Below the pieces are notes generated by a model. That model did no database searches. It saw only the letters and a program-made list of their open reading frames with translations, and was not told the DNA's origin. From contig QWHN01000003.1 of the NCBI GenBank assembly GCA_021404905.1, positions 23,080 through 87,079 on the forward strand: 64,000 bases of DNA. The letters are read 5' to 3'. This DNA comes from Candidatus Saccharibacteria bacterium CPR2 (lineage in GTDB: Bacteria; Patescibacteriota; Saccharimonadia; Saccharimonadales; QWHN01). The translations under genes were made by a program, and so were the position numbers. Of this stretch, positions 17,656 to 27,729 are shown one piece after another; within the stretch, counting starts at the first letter, position 1, and every line of letters starts with the position of its first letter.

Positions 17656-20490
17656 ATGGCGGAGAATATCACAGTTAAGGGCGCGCGGGAGCATAATCTA
17701 AAAAATATTGACCTCACGATTCCGCGCGAAAAACTTATCGTAATAACAGGATTGTCTGGTTCAGGCAAATCGAGCCTTGCGTTTGACACAATTTACGCTG
17801 AAGGGCAGCGCAGATATGTTGAATCCTTGAGTTCGTATGCGCGCCAGTTTTTAGGGCTAATGGAAAAACCGGACGTTGACCAAATTGACGGACTGAGTCC
17901 GGCTATTTCGATTGATCAAAAATCAACCAGCCGCAATCCACGATCCACGGTTGCTACTGTTACCGAAATTTATGATTATCTGAGGTTGTTATTTGCCAGG
18001 ATCGGTATCCCTCATTGTCCTGCCCGTTTGCCAAACGGGAAGATTTGTTCCAAGCCTGTGTCTCGGCAAACTCCGCAGGTCATTGTTGACAAAATCTTTG
18101 CTTTGGGAAAGGGTGCCAAATTGATAATTTTAGCGCCAATTATTATCGACAAAAAAGGCGAGCATGCGCACGTGCCGGATCAGTTTATGAAAGCGGGTTT
18201 TGCCCGGGCGCGCGTTGACGGAGTAATTTATCCTCTTGATGAATTTCCAAAACTGGATAAACAAAAGAAGCATACCATTGAACTGGTAGTGGACAGAGTT
18301 ATCAATGACGCGGATTCTAGCGGGCGCATAACTCAATCTGTTGAGCAAGCCCTGGAGCTTGCTGATGGGATTGTGAAAGTACAAGATGCCACCAACGAAA
18401 AAGAATATCTATATTCCCAGCATTATGCCTGCATGGACCACCCCGACGTTGCCATCCCCGAGCTGGCACCACGAACTTTTTCCTTTAACTCCCCCCATGG
18501 TGCTTGTCCGGTTTGCACGGGTCTTGGGAACAGGCTGGAGGTTGACCCAAACTTGGTCATCCCCAATGGAAATTTGACCATAGCTGAGGGCGCTATACGC
18601 CCGTGGAATACATTGAGGGTTGACTCATGGTATTACAAAATCATTAAAACCGTTGCCCAGAAGAACGATATTTCGCTTCACATCCCGACGGGCAGTTTAA
18701 GTAAAGATAAATTGGATATTATTCTTTATGGAACCGGCCAGGAACAGCATGAGATTATGCTTGGTAGCGGGCGAAGTTACCACACGACTTTTGAAGGCAT
18801 AATTCCAAATCTTGAAAGGCGTCATAAAGAAACAGAATCTGATTTTGTACGCCGCGAAATCGAAAAGTATATGAGAGAAATCCCGTGCCATGAGTGCGGT
18901 GGCAGAAGATTAAAACCCGAATCTTTAGCGGTAACGATTAACAATATGTCCATTATGGATATCTGCGACTTAGCTATAAATGACGCGGCAGATTTTTTTG
19001 AAAGCCTGAAGCTTAGCGAAAAAGAACTGATAATAGCCAAACAGATTTTAAAAGAGATAAAAGCGCGCATTAGATTTTTGGTTGATGTTGGCCTGGAATA
19101 TTTAAGTTTGTCGCGCGCCGCGAACACGCTCTCTGGCGGTGAAGCTCAAAGAATTCGACTGGCGACGCAAATCGGCTCGGGCCTAATGGGCGTTTTATAT
19201 GTTTTGGACGAACCATCCATTGGTCTGCATCAGCGTGATAATAATCGTTTAATTGAAACGCTCAAAAAAATGCGCGATCTTGGCAACACCGTTATAGTGG
19301 TTGAACACGATGAGGAAACTATCAAAACGGCTGACTTTTTGGTTGATATTGGGCCTGGAGCTGGAGAACATGGCGGATATATCGTTGCCACAGGTACGCC
19401 AAGGGAAGTTGCCAAAAACCAAAAAAGTATAACGGCCGCGTATTTAAATGGCAAAAAATCTATACCTTCACCTAAAAAAAGAAGAATCGGGAGCGGAAAA
19501 TCTTTAACAGTAATCGGTGCGAATGAAAATAATTTAAATAACATTGACGTAGAAATTCCCCTCGGGAAGCTGGTCGTTGTTTCCGGAGTTTCGGGCTCTG
19601 GGAAATCATCTCTGGTGAACGAGATTTTGGCAAAAGAACTGCAACACCGACTTCATCGGGCTAATGTTGTGCCAGGAAGGCATAGCGACATTAAAGGCAT
19701 AGAAAATTTGGACAAAGTAATAGTTATTGACCAGTCGCCTATTGGCAGAACTCCGCGCTCCAATCCGGCAACATATACAGGAGTGTTCACCGCTATTCGC
19801 GAACTTTTTGCCATGACTCCCGAAGCCAGAATAAGAGGTTACAAGGCTGGCCGATTTAGTTTCAATGTGCGCGGAGGAAGATGTGAAAACTGCCGCGGTG
19901 ATGGAATTATAAAAATCGAGATGCATTTTTTACCCGACGTTTATGTGCCGTGCGAAGTGTGCCGCGGCGAGCGCTATAATCGTGAAGCTTTGGAAATACA
20001 CTATAAAGATAAAAATATTGCCAACGTTCTTAATATGACGGTTGAAACGGCTCTTGATTTCTTTAAGAATATTCCTTCGATCCAGCGAAAATTGCAGACT
20101 CTATACGACGTAGGCATTGGCTATATCAGATTAGGCCAACCGGCAACTACTTTATCAGGCGGTGAAGCTCAGCGCATCAAGCTGGCTTCTGAACTTTCCC
20201 GTAGAGCAACCGGTAAAACTCTGTATATTCTAGATGAACCAACGACCGGGCTTCACATGGAAGACGTTAAAAAGTTACTGGAAGTGCTTCATGCGCTTGT
20301 ATCCGCTGGAAATTCCATGATTGTCATTGAACATAATCTTGACGTTATAAAATCTGCTGATTACGTAATAGATATGGGGCCGGAAGGTGGTGACAAAGGG
20401 GGTAATGTAATTGCTAGTGGCACCCCCGAAGAAGTTGCCAAGGAGCCAAAATCTTTTACGGGGAAATATTTACAGAAGATCTTTAAGTAA
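17656..20490 (+). CDS. uvrA: Excinuclease ABC subunit A
   Basis: Two ABC modules ([18 protein letters not shown]; LSGGEAQR twice) and zinc modules (CPVCTG; CENCRGDG...CEVCRG). Confidence 0.97.
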   Translation: MAENITVKGAREHNLKNIDLTIPREKLIVITGLSGSGKSSLAFDTIYAEGQRRYVESLSSYARQFLGLMEKPDVDQIDGLSPAISIDQKSTSRNPRSTVATVTEIYDYLRLLFARIGIPHCPARLPNGKICSKPVSRQTPQVIVDKIFALGKGAKLIILAPIIIDKKGEHAHVPDQFMKAGFARARVDGVIYPLDEFPKLDKQKKHTIELVVDRVINDADSSGRITQSVEQALELADGIVKVQDATNEKEYLYSQHYACMDHPDVAIPELAPRTFSFNSPHGACPVCTGLGNRLEVDPNLVIPNGNLTIAEGAIRPWNTLRVDSWYYKIIKTVAQKNDISLHIPTGSLSKDKLDIILYGTGQEQHEIMLGSGRSYHTTFEGIIPNLERRHKETESDFVRREIEKYMREIPCHECGGRRLKPESLAVTINNMSIMDICDLAINDAADFFESLKLSEKELIIAKQILKEIKARIRFLVDVGLEYLSLSRAANTLSGGEAQRIRLATQIGSGLMGVLYVLDEPSIGLHQRDNNRLIETLKKMRDLGNTVIVVEHDEETIKTADFLVDIGPGAGEHGGYIVATGTPREVAKNQKSITAAYLNGKKSIPSPKKRRIGSGKSLTVIGANENNLNNIDVEIPLGKLVVVSGVSGSGKSSLVNEILAKELQHRLHRANVVPGRHSDIKGIENLDKVIVIDQSPIGRTPRSNPATYTGVFTAIRELFAMTPEARIRGYKAGRFSFNVRGGRCENCRGDGIIKIEMHFLPDVYVPCEVCRGERYNREALEIHYKDKNIANVLNMTVETALDFFKNIPSIQRKLQTLYDVGIGYIRLGQPATTLSGGEAQRIKLASELSRRATGKTLYILDEPTTGLHMEDVKKLLEVLHALVSAGNSMIVIEHNLDVIKSADYVIDMGPEGGDKGGNVIASGTPEEVAKEPKSFTGKYLQKIFK

Positions 20491-20496
20491 AATTTC

Positions 20497-20973
20497 ATGG
20501 GTGAAATCAATCAAAAAAACCCGGAACAAGATAAGCCTACCTCATCCGCGCGATTTGCTGAGGGTTATTACTTTGCTCTTTATTGTTTTGAGCATCCTGA
20601 TGAGGAACGTAGAGCCAATGCCCTGATTGCTGATGTAGATTACGAATTGTCTCCTCCTGTAAAACCGTGGAGCGAAGAGAATAAACGTGAGAGATTAACT
20701 TCGATATTGCGCACGATGGTATTTATTGCAGCGAGAGAACTGATGCCAGATGACAACACAGACACCAGGTTACAGCAATATTGTTTGGAGCAGTGGGAAG
20801 TAGGCAGGGAGTTAGCGCAAGATTTAATAGACGATGAACCTGAGCTGGGTAGTTTAGCGTGCCCTCTTCAGGAAGAACCGGTTTTTCAGAAGATTCTTGG
20901 CCAACTACTAGGCAATCCGAGAAGGTCTTTGTCTATGAAATCACTGACACCAAAGGACCCCAGCCGGTCCTGA
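20497..20973 (+). CDS. Hypothetical protein
   Basis: 158-codon ORF starting 7 nt after uvrA. No motif recognised. Confidence 0.45.
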   Translation: MGEINQKNPEQDKPTSSARFAEGYYFALYCFEHPDEERRANALIADVDYELSPPVKPWSEENKRERLTSILRTMVFIAARELMPDDNTDTRLQQYCLEQWEVGRELAQDLIDDEPELGSLACPLQEEPVFQKILGQLLGNPRRSLSMKSLTPKDPSRS

Positions 20974-20989
20974 CCCTGACTGGTTATCG

Positions 20990-21859
20990 TTATTTTGTTT
21001 GTGTAGCTAAATCTAATTGTTTTAATCTGTCAAATAACGGGTCCATTAACACTGGAGGCATATCCGGTTTATCGCCGTTATCGTACATTTCATCAATTTC
21101 CATATGACCGAGGAAATTTGCTCTTTCCACTGGTATACCTTGCTCTCTCATGAAAGATAAAGACAGGTATATAAATGACTCTAGTTGTTTTGGACTTAGG
21201 TCGTTTAATCCGCTCGCTTCAATTTCTACTCCCTGCGTAAAACTGTTAGCTCCACGAGCATGGCTAGTCATTTGGTTTGCTTCAGTAAATTGAAAGGCGT
21301 TACCATTTTTGTCTATAAAAAACATTACGTTGCAACATTTACCCGGACGGTTGGAAATTGATGAAATAAAATGGTCAACACCATTTTCATACGTTGATGC
21401 TGTCCAGTGTCCAACAAATTTCTCAGGTTTTATGGTTCTTTCTGGCAACTCAGCGCTAAACGCACCAATGTGGTTTTTGTCAATCGTGAATGCATTAAAC
21501 CTATCAACACTTATATTAATTTGGTTAACCAGTTGGTCAATTTCTAGATTTCCAGTATTTTGCTCCTGTGGTTGTTCAATTTGGGCTGTCGTTGGTGGTT
21601 TAGTAGCCTCAACGATATCATTCTTGGCGTAAGTCATTCCAACAAGACTTAATACTACAGCACCAACAATCAACTTTGCTTTTATGCGGTCAAAAACAGT
21701 GCTGGAATCAATTTCTGGTGAGTCGTATATCCCTGATGAATTAATAGCCTCACCAGGTACATAGTAATTATCGTTCAATTCATCGCCCTGGACAGCTATC
21801 GAGCCTGGCGAATAATAACAATAGTTTGACATGGAGTATACATTAGCAGAATATTGCAA
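20990..21859 (-). CDS. Membrane-anchored N-acetylmuramoyl-L-alanine amidase (amidase_2/PGRP-like)
   Basis: TM helix LIVGAVVLSLVGMTYA. HWTAS..., HARGANSFTQGVEIEASG and FLGHMEI resemble the amidase_2 core. Confidence 0.65.
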   Translation of the reverse strand: MQYSANVYSMSNYCYYSPGSIAVQGDELNDNYYVPGEAINSSGIYDSPEIDSSTVFDRIKAKLIVGAVVLSLVGMTYAKNDIVEATKPPTTAQIEQPQEQNTGNLEIDQLVNQINISVDRFNAFTIDKNHIGAFSAELPERTIKPEKFVGHWTASTYENGVDHFISSISNRPGKCCNVMFFIDKNGNAFQFTEANQMTSHARGANSFTQGVEIEASGLNDLSPKQLESFIYLSLSFMREQGIPVERANFLGHMEIDEMYDNGDKPDMPPVLMDPLFDRLKQLDLATQTK

Positions 21860-21892
21860 AAAAGTCTATAACATGTTAGATTATTATATCCT

Positions 21893-22588
21893 TTGCCCCA
21901 AAGGATATTGTCCAGTCTGCGTGGAGAAACGTGGAAGGAAGTGATTCAAATGGCGGGTTATGGAACCCACTCGGGAACCGTGCGAGAGGTGGTCAAGTTT
22001 TTGGGGAAATTTCTCAAAAACACTACTGCCGTCCTCGCCGGGATTCTCATTATCCTGGCGGATGTAATTGTGGGCGGGATCGCCTACATGGAGGCTTTCA
22101 AGGAAGCGGAGGGTGCTTTCACGGTACCTCTCACGGACACAGTGATGTCCGTAGCATTCGCGTTCGGGTTTGGCCTCTCAGTTGTAACATCCGGAGTGCA
22201 GATCGCGCTCTGGAATTGGCTCAAATCAAATCTCGCGACGGAGGGTCGGATGAAGTTCAGACCCGAACATTGGGTCGCCATCGGGTTCGCGATCATACTT
22301 ATGGTCGTAGACACCGGCGCCGACATGGCGGGTCTGACACAGCTAATGTCGCCTGCCAACGCTGGCGGGATTTTGCCTCAAGGGGCGAATCCAGTCATAT
22401 GGCTGGCGTTTATCGCCGGTTCAATGGTGTGCCTTCTCAACGAGGCATTCTTGGATTATTTCTTTGGTCTGGACAAGGAGTCCAAGGTCAAAGAAAAGAC
22501 CAGGAATCGAATTGCCTCAGTGTGTGACGTTTTTTCAAAATGTCGCTCCACCCATTGCCTGTCCTCGCACAAAATTTTATTAGAATAA
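21893..22588 (+). CDS. GC-rich polytopic membrane protein of unknown function
   Basis: Four hydrophobic helices. 35/60 G+C at both 22081-22140 and 22261-22320, against 26/60 at 22621-22680. Alternative-frame ORFs on both strands are consistent with GC-rich foreign DNA. The start may be ATG 21950. Confidence 0.55.
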   Translation: MPQRILSSLRGETWKEVIQMAGYGTHSGTVREVVKFLGKFLKNTTAVLAGILIILADVIVGGIAYMEAFKEAEGAFTVPLTDTVMSVAFAFGFGLSVVTSGVQIALWNWLKSNLATEGRMKFRPEHWVAIGFAIILMVVDTGADMAGLTQLMSPANAGGILPQGANPVIWLAFIAGSMVCLLNEAFLDYFFGLDKESKVKEKTRNRIASVCDVFSKCRSTHCLSSHKILLE

Positions 22589-22599
22589 TATGAAGATAT

Positions 22600-23304
22600 A
22601 TGGAACAACTTAAGATTAAATTCGAAGATAAAAGAGAGCCTTCTAACATTAGGGCTAAGTTAGTAATCACTGCGCTTGCTGGCAGCCTCATCTTTGCTAT
22701 TGGTAAAGCTGAAGCTAGTAGAGAGCCCAAACCCGCAGAACATGAAGATAAAATTGAAACAATCACAACTCCCCAGGAAAATCCTAATACGGCTCCAGAT
22801 CAACAAATAGAATTTGCCTCAAACGAAAAGCTCGCAAATTTTGTGAAGCAACATAAATCAGCTGCTATTAGAGTCCAAGAAGAGTATGGTGTTCCGTATC
22901 AAGTAACTTTGGCTCAAGCGATTCTTGAATCTGGATATGGCGAGTCAGAGCTGGCTAAAAGAGCTAATAATATGTTTGGCATGAAAACTAACTCAGACTG
23001 GCACGGCGATACATATGAGATTATTACAGGTGAGCATACTGACAACGGCCCAGTTAAAGTTATGGCAACTTTTAAGAAATTTACTACAGTAGAAGACGGT
23101 TTTTTGGAATATGGAAATTATCTGAAAAATCGCGGATTTTACGATGATGCGTTTGATAATATAAGCAATCCGGCAAAATTTTTACAGTGTTTAGTTGATG
23201 AAAACGGCCCTCGTTACGCTACTGACCCAGAATATGCCAACAAGGTTTTAGATATAATGAATCAAATTCAAAGCTTTGAGGGCAATCCTAACCTTGCATT
23301 TTGA
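22600..23304 (+). CDS. Secreted mannosyl-glycoprotein endo-beta-N-acetylglucosaminidase-like muramidase
   Basis: Signal/anchor LVITALAGSLIFAIGKAEA. Glucosaminidase motif AQAILESGYGESELAKRANNMFGMK. Confidence 0.8.
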   Translation: MEQLKIKFEDKREPSNIRAKLVITALAGSLIFAIGKAEASREPKPAEHEDKIETITTPQENPNTAPDQQIEFASNEKLANFVKQHKSAAIRVQEEYGVPYQVTLAQAILESGYGESELAKRANNMFGMKTNSDWHGDTYEIITGEHTDNGPVKVMATFKKFTTVEDGFLEYGNYLKNRGFYDDAFDNISNPAKFLQCLVDENGPRYATDPEYANKVLDIMNQIQSFEGNPNLAF

Positions 23305-23402
23305 TAAAGTCTAATTAGCCACTACACAAATTTGAATTATATGCGATAGTATTTAGATATAAGGGTTTAGAAAAAATTATCGGCAAGCACGAACGACCAA
23401 GT

Positions 23403-24881
23403 GTGTATATTCCAAAACATGAAGCCCCTCGAACCGAGATTCCGGGAGATCGTTATTTTGACGACTTAAAAACAAAATTGAAAAAAACTGCCGCGGTTAT
23501 GTCTGCGGCAGTGGCTCTTGGCGGCGCTGTATTTTTTGCAGGGGAGATCAGCGAGGACGAACCAGAGTCGTTGGCAGATGTCGCTACCTCTGTAATTGAA
23601 AGATATTACGAAAATGTGAGCAGTGAAGAAGCCGAAGATAAAAGAGTAGCTGACGATACAGGACCAAGCGACCAAGGCCAATTGACTTTTGCGGACACAT
23701 TAACTCCAGTAGACTCAAAAACACCCGAACAAATTCGACTAGAAAACTTCATATCTTCATACAAGGATGCTGCCATTGTTGCCCAAAATACGTTTCAAGT
23801 GCCCTATGAAGCCGTGTTAGCTGAAGCAATCGTCGCGTCAAATTATGGAGAGATTGAGACAATAAAAACCGCGAATTCGGTGTTTATAGAACCCGTTCCG
23901 ACCGATTGGCAGGGTCCAAAACATAAAATTTATATTAATGAACTTGCGTCTAAAGAAAATATAGATATAAAACTGGCAAATGGTGAACAATTTAGGTTTG
24001 TAGGCGATCAAGAAGGTGACTTTATCTCTGTAAAAGCATATGAGAACGGCCAGCCCAAAGAAACTTCTATGTCTGGCGAGATTTTTAAACTAATGAAAAT
24101 AGGCGGCGTGAAACTGGAAATAATATCTCATCGAGAAGACGGCTTGGTGTTAATTGAAAAACCAATTTATATTCGTAAATTTAATTCTCCTGGCGAATCA
24201 ATATTGCGTTTAGCCGAAATCATGAGGTCTTATTACGTCAGTGACGCGTTGCTTGACAGCAACCCGGGCTGGTTTATAGGCAAACATGCGTTTGTGGCTG
24301 GTCAGCCAGAAAACTACGCGAATCATCGTTTGAACATTATTAATGAAATAAGAAAAACTGAAGGACAACCCGAAACTGGCTTTGCCCCGCCGCCGGAAAC
24401 GAAAGAAATAACGCCTGAATATTATTTACAAGATTCCAGTCAAATACCGTGTCCAGTTGGCGTTGACAGAGGTGCGCGGGTGGGTTACTTCAACGGAGTG
24501 ACTCACAACATTCGTGTTTGTAATATTGTCGACGGTATAACAGTAAACACACTTTTGGCAGGCAATGTTTACAATATGCTACAAGCCGCTGAAGCTGAAG
24601 GGGTGAACATTAAACTTGGTTGGGGTTATGCCAGCTACGAGTTTCAAGCTGAAAAAAGAGAACGAAATGGTTGCAATGATGGTGATGGCTGCGAAACACC
24701 AACAGCGTTGCCGGAGAACTCAGAGCATGTCAATGCTGGAGCAATTGACTTTCGTAACGTCGATGGAACACTTTTAGACTACGGTGACCCAGGACATAAT
24801 TGGCTAAAACTTCATGCTCACGAATACGGGTTTTATCAACTGCCTTCCGAATCTTGGCATTGGTCGTGGAACGGGGAATAA
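23403..24881 (+). CDS. Two-domain wall hydrolase: degenerate glucosaminidase-like domain plus C-terminal M15 (VanY-type) D-Ala-D-Ala carboxypeptidase
   Basis: AVLAEAIVASNYGEIETIKTANSVF (degenerate glucosaminidase). SEHVNAGAIDF ... YGFYQLPSESWHWSWNG (M15 zinc-peptidase motifs). GTG start and an N-terminal TM helix. Confidence 0.7.
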   Translation: MYIPKHEAPRTEIPGDRYFDDLKTKLKKTAAVMSAAVALGGAVFFAGEISEDEPESLADVATSVIERYYENVSSEEAEDKRVADDTGPSDQGQLTFADTLTPVDSKTPEQIRLENFISSYKDAAIVAQNTFQVPYEAVLAEAIVASNYGEIETIKTANSVFIEPVPTDWQGPKHKIYINELASKENIDIKLANGEQFRFVGDQEGDFISVKAYENGQPKETSMSGEIFKLMKIGGVKLEIISHREDGLVLIEKPIYIRKFNSPGESILRLAEIMRSYYVSDALLDSNPGWFIGKHAFVAGQPENYANHRLNIINEIRKTEGQPETGFAPPPETKEITPEYYLQDSSQIPCPVGVDRGARVGYFNGVTHNIRVCNIVDGITVNTLLAGNVYNMLQAAEAEGVNIKLGWGYASYEFQAEKRERNGCNDGDGCETPTALPENSEHVNAGAIDFRNVDGTLLDYGDPGHNWLKLHAHEYGFYQLPSESWHWSWNGE

Positions 24882-24894
24882 TTAAAAACTAATG

Positions 24895-25542
24895 TCAACG
24901 TTTTTTTACTAGCATCTCACGGAGGTGTTTGCGCTGTTTCGGGTCTTTTAAAATGTGGTAAATGGCTGGTGCCACAGATGAAATAACTATTAGTATCACT
25001 ATCGGTAAAAGGTATTTATCTACATTTGGAATTTTTGAACCCAAGAAATAACCTGTATAAGTTATGCCTAAAGCCCAAATTGCCGCTCCAATTATGTTGT
25101 ATGCCAAGAAAGTCGGGTAATGCATTTTGCCAACCCCAGCAATGATGGGCGCAAAAGTTCTCACAATTGGAGTAAAACGCGCCAAAACTATAGTTTTACC
25201 CCCGTGTTTTTTATAAAATTCCTGAGTTCGCGTAATATTATCCTTATTAAACAGCAAAGACTCTTCTTTATTGAAAAGCCTTGGCCCAACTCTGAAGCCA
25301 AAAGCATATCCCACGCTATCACCGGCTACTGCAGCAATAAACACCAGCAGAGCCAAGAGATGTATATTGAACAGTCCTTGGCTAGCCAAAAACCCGGCGG
25401 TAAATAGCAAGCTATCGCCTGGTAAGAAGAAACCTACAAGCAGGCCGGATTCAGTAAACACCATAATTACGACCCCCAAGAGGCCGACTGTACGGATAAG
25501 CGCTGGAATATCAAAATCAAACACTATCGTAAATACTAGCAT
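24895..25542 (-). CDS. DedA-family membrane protein
   Basis: GFFLPGDSLLFTAGFLA motif and topology typical of DedA/SNARE-associated proteins. Confidence 0.85.
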   Translation of the reverse strand: MLVFTIVFDFDIPALIRTVGLLGVVIMVFTESGLLVGFFLPGDSLLFTAGFLASQGLFNIHLLALLVFIAAVAGDSVGYAFGFRVGPRLFNKEESLLFNKDNITRTQEFYKKHGGKTIVLARFTPIVRTFAPIIAGVGKMHYPTFLAYNIIGAAIWALGITYTGYFLGSKIPNVDKYLLPIVILIVISSVAPAIYHILKDPKQRKHLREMLVKKR

Positions 25543-25619
25543 GGGCTATTGTCACAATAAAATTCAGAACCCAACTAACCAACCGATACCTCTAAGGGCG
25601 TGATAAAATTAAAAAGAAT

Positions 25620-26177
25620 ATGGAGAGATTAGAACCAAAAACCAATCTGCTCGGCAAACGTTCCAAGTTATTTGTTCCGGATTTTTTTGTGAAATCTGTA
25701 ACGGAGATTGAACCCAGAAAGTTGAAAAATCTTGGAGTAAGCGCGGTCGCATTTGATGTAGACAGCACTCTAGTGGCGCACGGTTCAAAAAAATTTAGTC
25801 CGAAAATAATAAAATTTTTAGACGAAATGAGGGAGCTTGATTTTATTGAAGGCATTGCTCTAGCCTCAAATAGAAGTAAAAACGGGCTAGCAAAAATTGC
25901 CAGAGAGCATAATTTTAAACTTGTACATGCCAGCCTATATAGTCGCAAGCCATCTTTGTCGTATTACCGTCGTTTAAGCCAAATCCTAAATGTTAAACCT
26001 CGCCAAATTGCTATGGTCGGAGATAAATTGCTTCAAGATGTTTATGGTGCCAACAAAGTCGGTATGGTCTCTATTCTTGTTGAACCTCTCGGCCCTCAAG
26101 CTTGGTATGATGCCTTGTTAATGCGCCGCGCCCGCCAAACAATGAAGCTAAAACGAATTAGCCGTAAGCAAAAATAA
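25620..26177 (+). CDS. HAD-superfamily phosphatase (YqeG-like, subfamily IIIA)
   Basis: FDVDSTLV (DxDxT) and MVGDKLLQDVYGANKVG motifs. Confidence 0.75.
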   Translation: MERLEPKTNLLGKRSKLFVPDFFVKSVTEIEPRKLKNLGVSAVAFDVDSTLVAHGSKKFSPKIIKFLDEMRELDFIEGIALASNRSKNGLAKIAREHNFKLVHASLYSRKPSLSYYRRLSQILNVKPRQIAMVGDKLLQDVYGANKVGMVSILVEPLGPQAWYDALLMRRARQTMKLKRISRKQK

Positions 26178-26189
26178 TATTATTAAATT

Positions 26190-27716
26190 ATGAAAAGAGA
26201 AAATTTGGAGAAAAAAATCTCTCAATTGCCAAGTTGTCCTGGAGTATATTTTTTTAAAAATAAAAAAATGCAAATTATTTATGTTGGTAAAGCTTCAAAC
26301 TTGAAGAATAGAGTCAGGCAGTATTTTCAAAATTCACGTCCTAAAGATCCTAAAACACAAGTTTTAATAAATGAAATTAGTGATGTTGAGATCATTGAGG
26401 TGGCTTCGGAAATTGACGCGTTATTTCTTGAAGCCGAACTCATTAAAAGGTACAAACCACCTTACAACATAGAAGAACGAGACGATAAGTCGAATCTGTT
26501 TATTCGTATTGATATAAACTCACCACATCCAACCGTATCGTTTACGAGGCGGCCGTTTGATGATGGAGCGAAATACTTTGGCCCCTATATATCAGGGCCG
26601 GCAATTCGCAAAGCCATGCGGTATTTACGTCGGGTTTTCCCTTATGACACTAAGGTTGCCAGAAGTAGGAAGCAAAATCTCGAGCATCACCTGGGCTTAT
26701 CTCCAGGACTTGAACTTGGAAAAACTACTTTAAGCGAATATAGGGATAATCTCAGAAGACTTATTTCTTATTTGAAAGGGAATCGTACTAAACTGATCCG
26801 CGAACTTGAAGCTGAAATGAAAAAAACCGCGAAAGCTCAGAATTTCGAACAAGCAGCAATTTATCGAAATCAAATATCACATTTAAAAGAGGTTACTAGG
26901 CAGATTGTTTTTGGTAACGAAGAATTTTTGGATATATCTAAAGACCAAGCGCTAAATGGTTTGTGCGAAATTTTGGGTTTGGCGAACGCCCCAAAACGCA
27001 TCGAAGGCTATGATATCTCTCACATGAGCGGAACTAATAATGTCGCGAGTTTGGTGGTTTTTACTAACGGCTTACCAGATAAGGCACAGTACCGCAAGTT
27101 TAAAATGAGGCTCAAGGGAAATGATGATTTTGCGCATATGCGGGAAGTGTTAACCCGTAGGTTTAGCGGTAATAATCTTCAAAATTGGCCAAAACCGGAT
27201 TTGATCCTTATCGACGGCGGAAAAGGCCAGCTTGCTGCGGCAATTAATGTTCTTCTCGAAAAAAAAATACATATACCAGCCATTGGTTTGGCAAAAAAAC
27301 ATGAGGAAATCATCATCAACCGCGAATATCTTCAAGGACAGACCCTGCAAAATAGAAAAAAAGACAGAGGTAGTATTAACGAAACCGAGTTTTCAAGGAC
27401 AGACCCTGTAAGAGGTGGAAATGGGAAATATGAAGTGCTCTCGTTGGGGGAAGATTCACACGTTAGAAAGTTGCTTCAGAGGATTCGCGATGAATCTCAT
27501 CGTTTTGCCGTAAGTTATCATTCTCTACTCAGAGTCAAAGCGCAAAAAATCAGCGAGCTTGATTCTATAACCGAAATCGGGCCAGCTACAAGAAAAAAAT
27601 TAATTAAAAATTTTGGCAGCGTTTTGGGCATAAAAACTGCCAGCCAAAATGAACTTGCAAAAGTTGTTGGAAAAAATAAAGCTAGTATACTTAGGCAATA
27701 TTTCTCTAAAAAGTAG
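26190..27716 (+). CDS. uvrC: Excinuclease ABC subunit C, with an in-frame insertion carrying two copies of the family C 15-mer
   Basis: GIY-YIG (GVYFFKNKKMQIIYVGKASNLKNRV), UVR motif (FEQAAIYRNQISHLK), IEGYDISH, RDESHRFAV and a C-terminal HhH. Confidence 0.93.
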   Translation: MKRENLEKKISQLPSCPGVYFFKNKKMQIIYVGKASNLKNRVRQYFQNSRPKDPKTQVLINEISDVEIIEVASEIDALFLEAELIKRYKPPYNIEERDDKSNLFIRIDINSPHPTVSFTRRPFDDGAKYFGPYISGPAIRKAMRYLRRVFPYDTKVARSRKQNLEHHLGLSPGLELGKTTLSEYRDNLRRLISYLKGNRTKLIRELEAEMKKTAKAQNFEQAAIYRNQISHLKEVTRQIVFGNEEFLDISKDQALNGLCEILGLANAPKRIEGYDISHMSGTNNVASLVVFTNGLPDKAQYRKFKMRLKGNDDFAHMREVLTRRFSGNNLQNWPKPDLILIDGGKGQLAAAINVLLEKKIHIPAIGLAKKHEEIIINREYLQGQTLQNRKKDRGSINETEFSRTDPVRGGNGKYEVLSLGEDSHVRKLLQRIRDESHRFAVSYHSLLRVKAQKISELDSITEIGPATRKKLIKNFGSVLGIKTASQNELAKVVGKNKASILRQYFSKK

Positions 27717-27729
27717 CAAGAATTTACAC

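Noticed and set aside
21931-22527. 198-aa alternative-frame ORF, plus the 91-aa minus-strand ORF at 22084-22359
   Set aside because: The Arg/Gly-rich translations are typical of out-of-frame reading of GC-rich DNA. The frame with four clean hydrophobic helices (21893-22588) is preferred.
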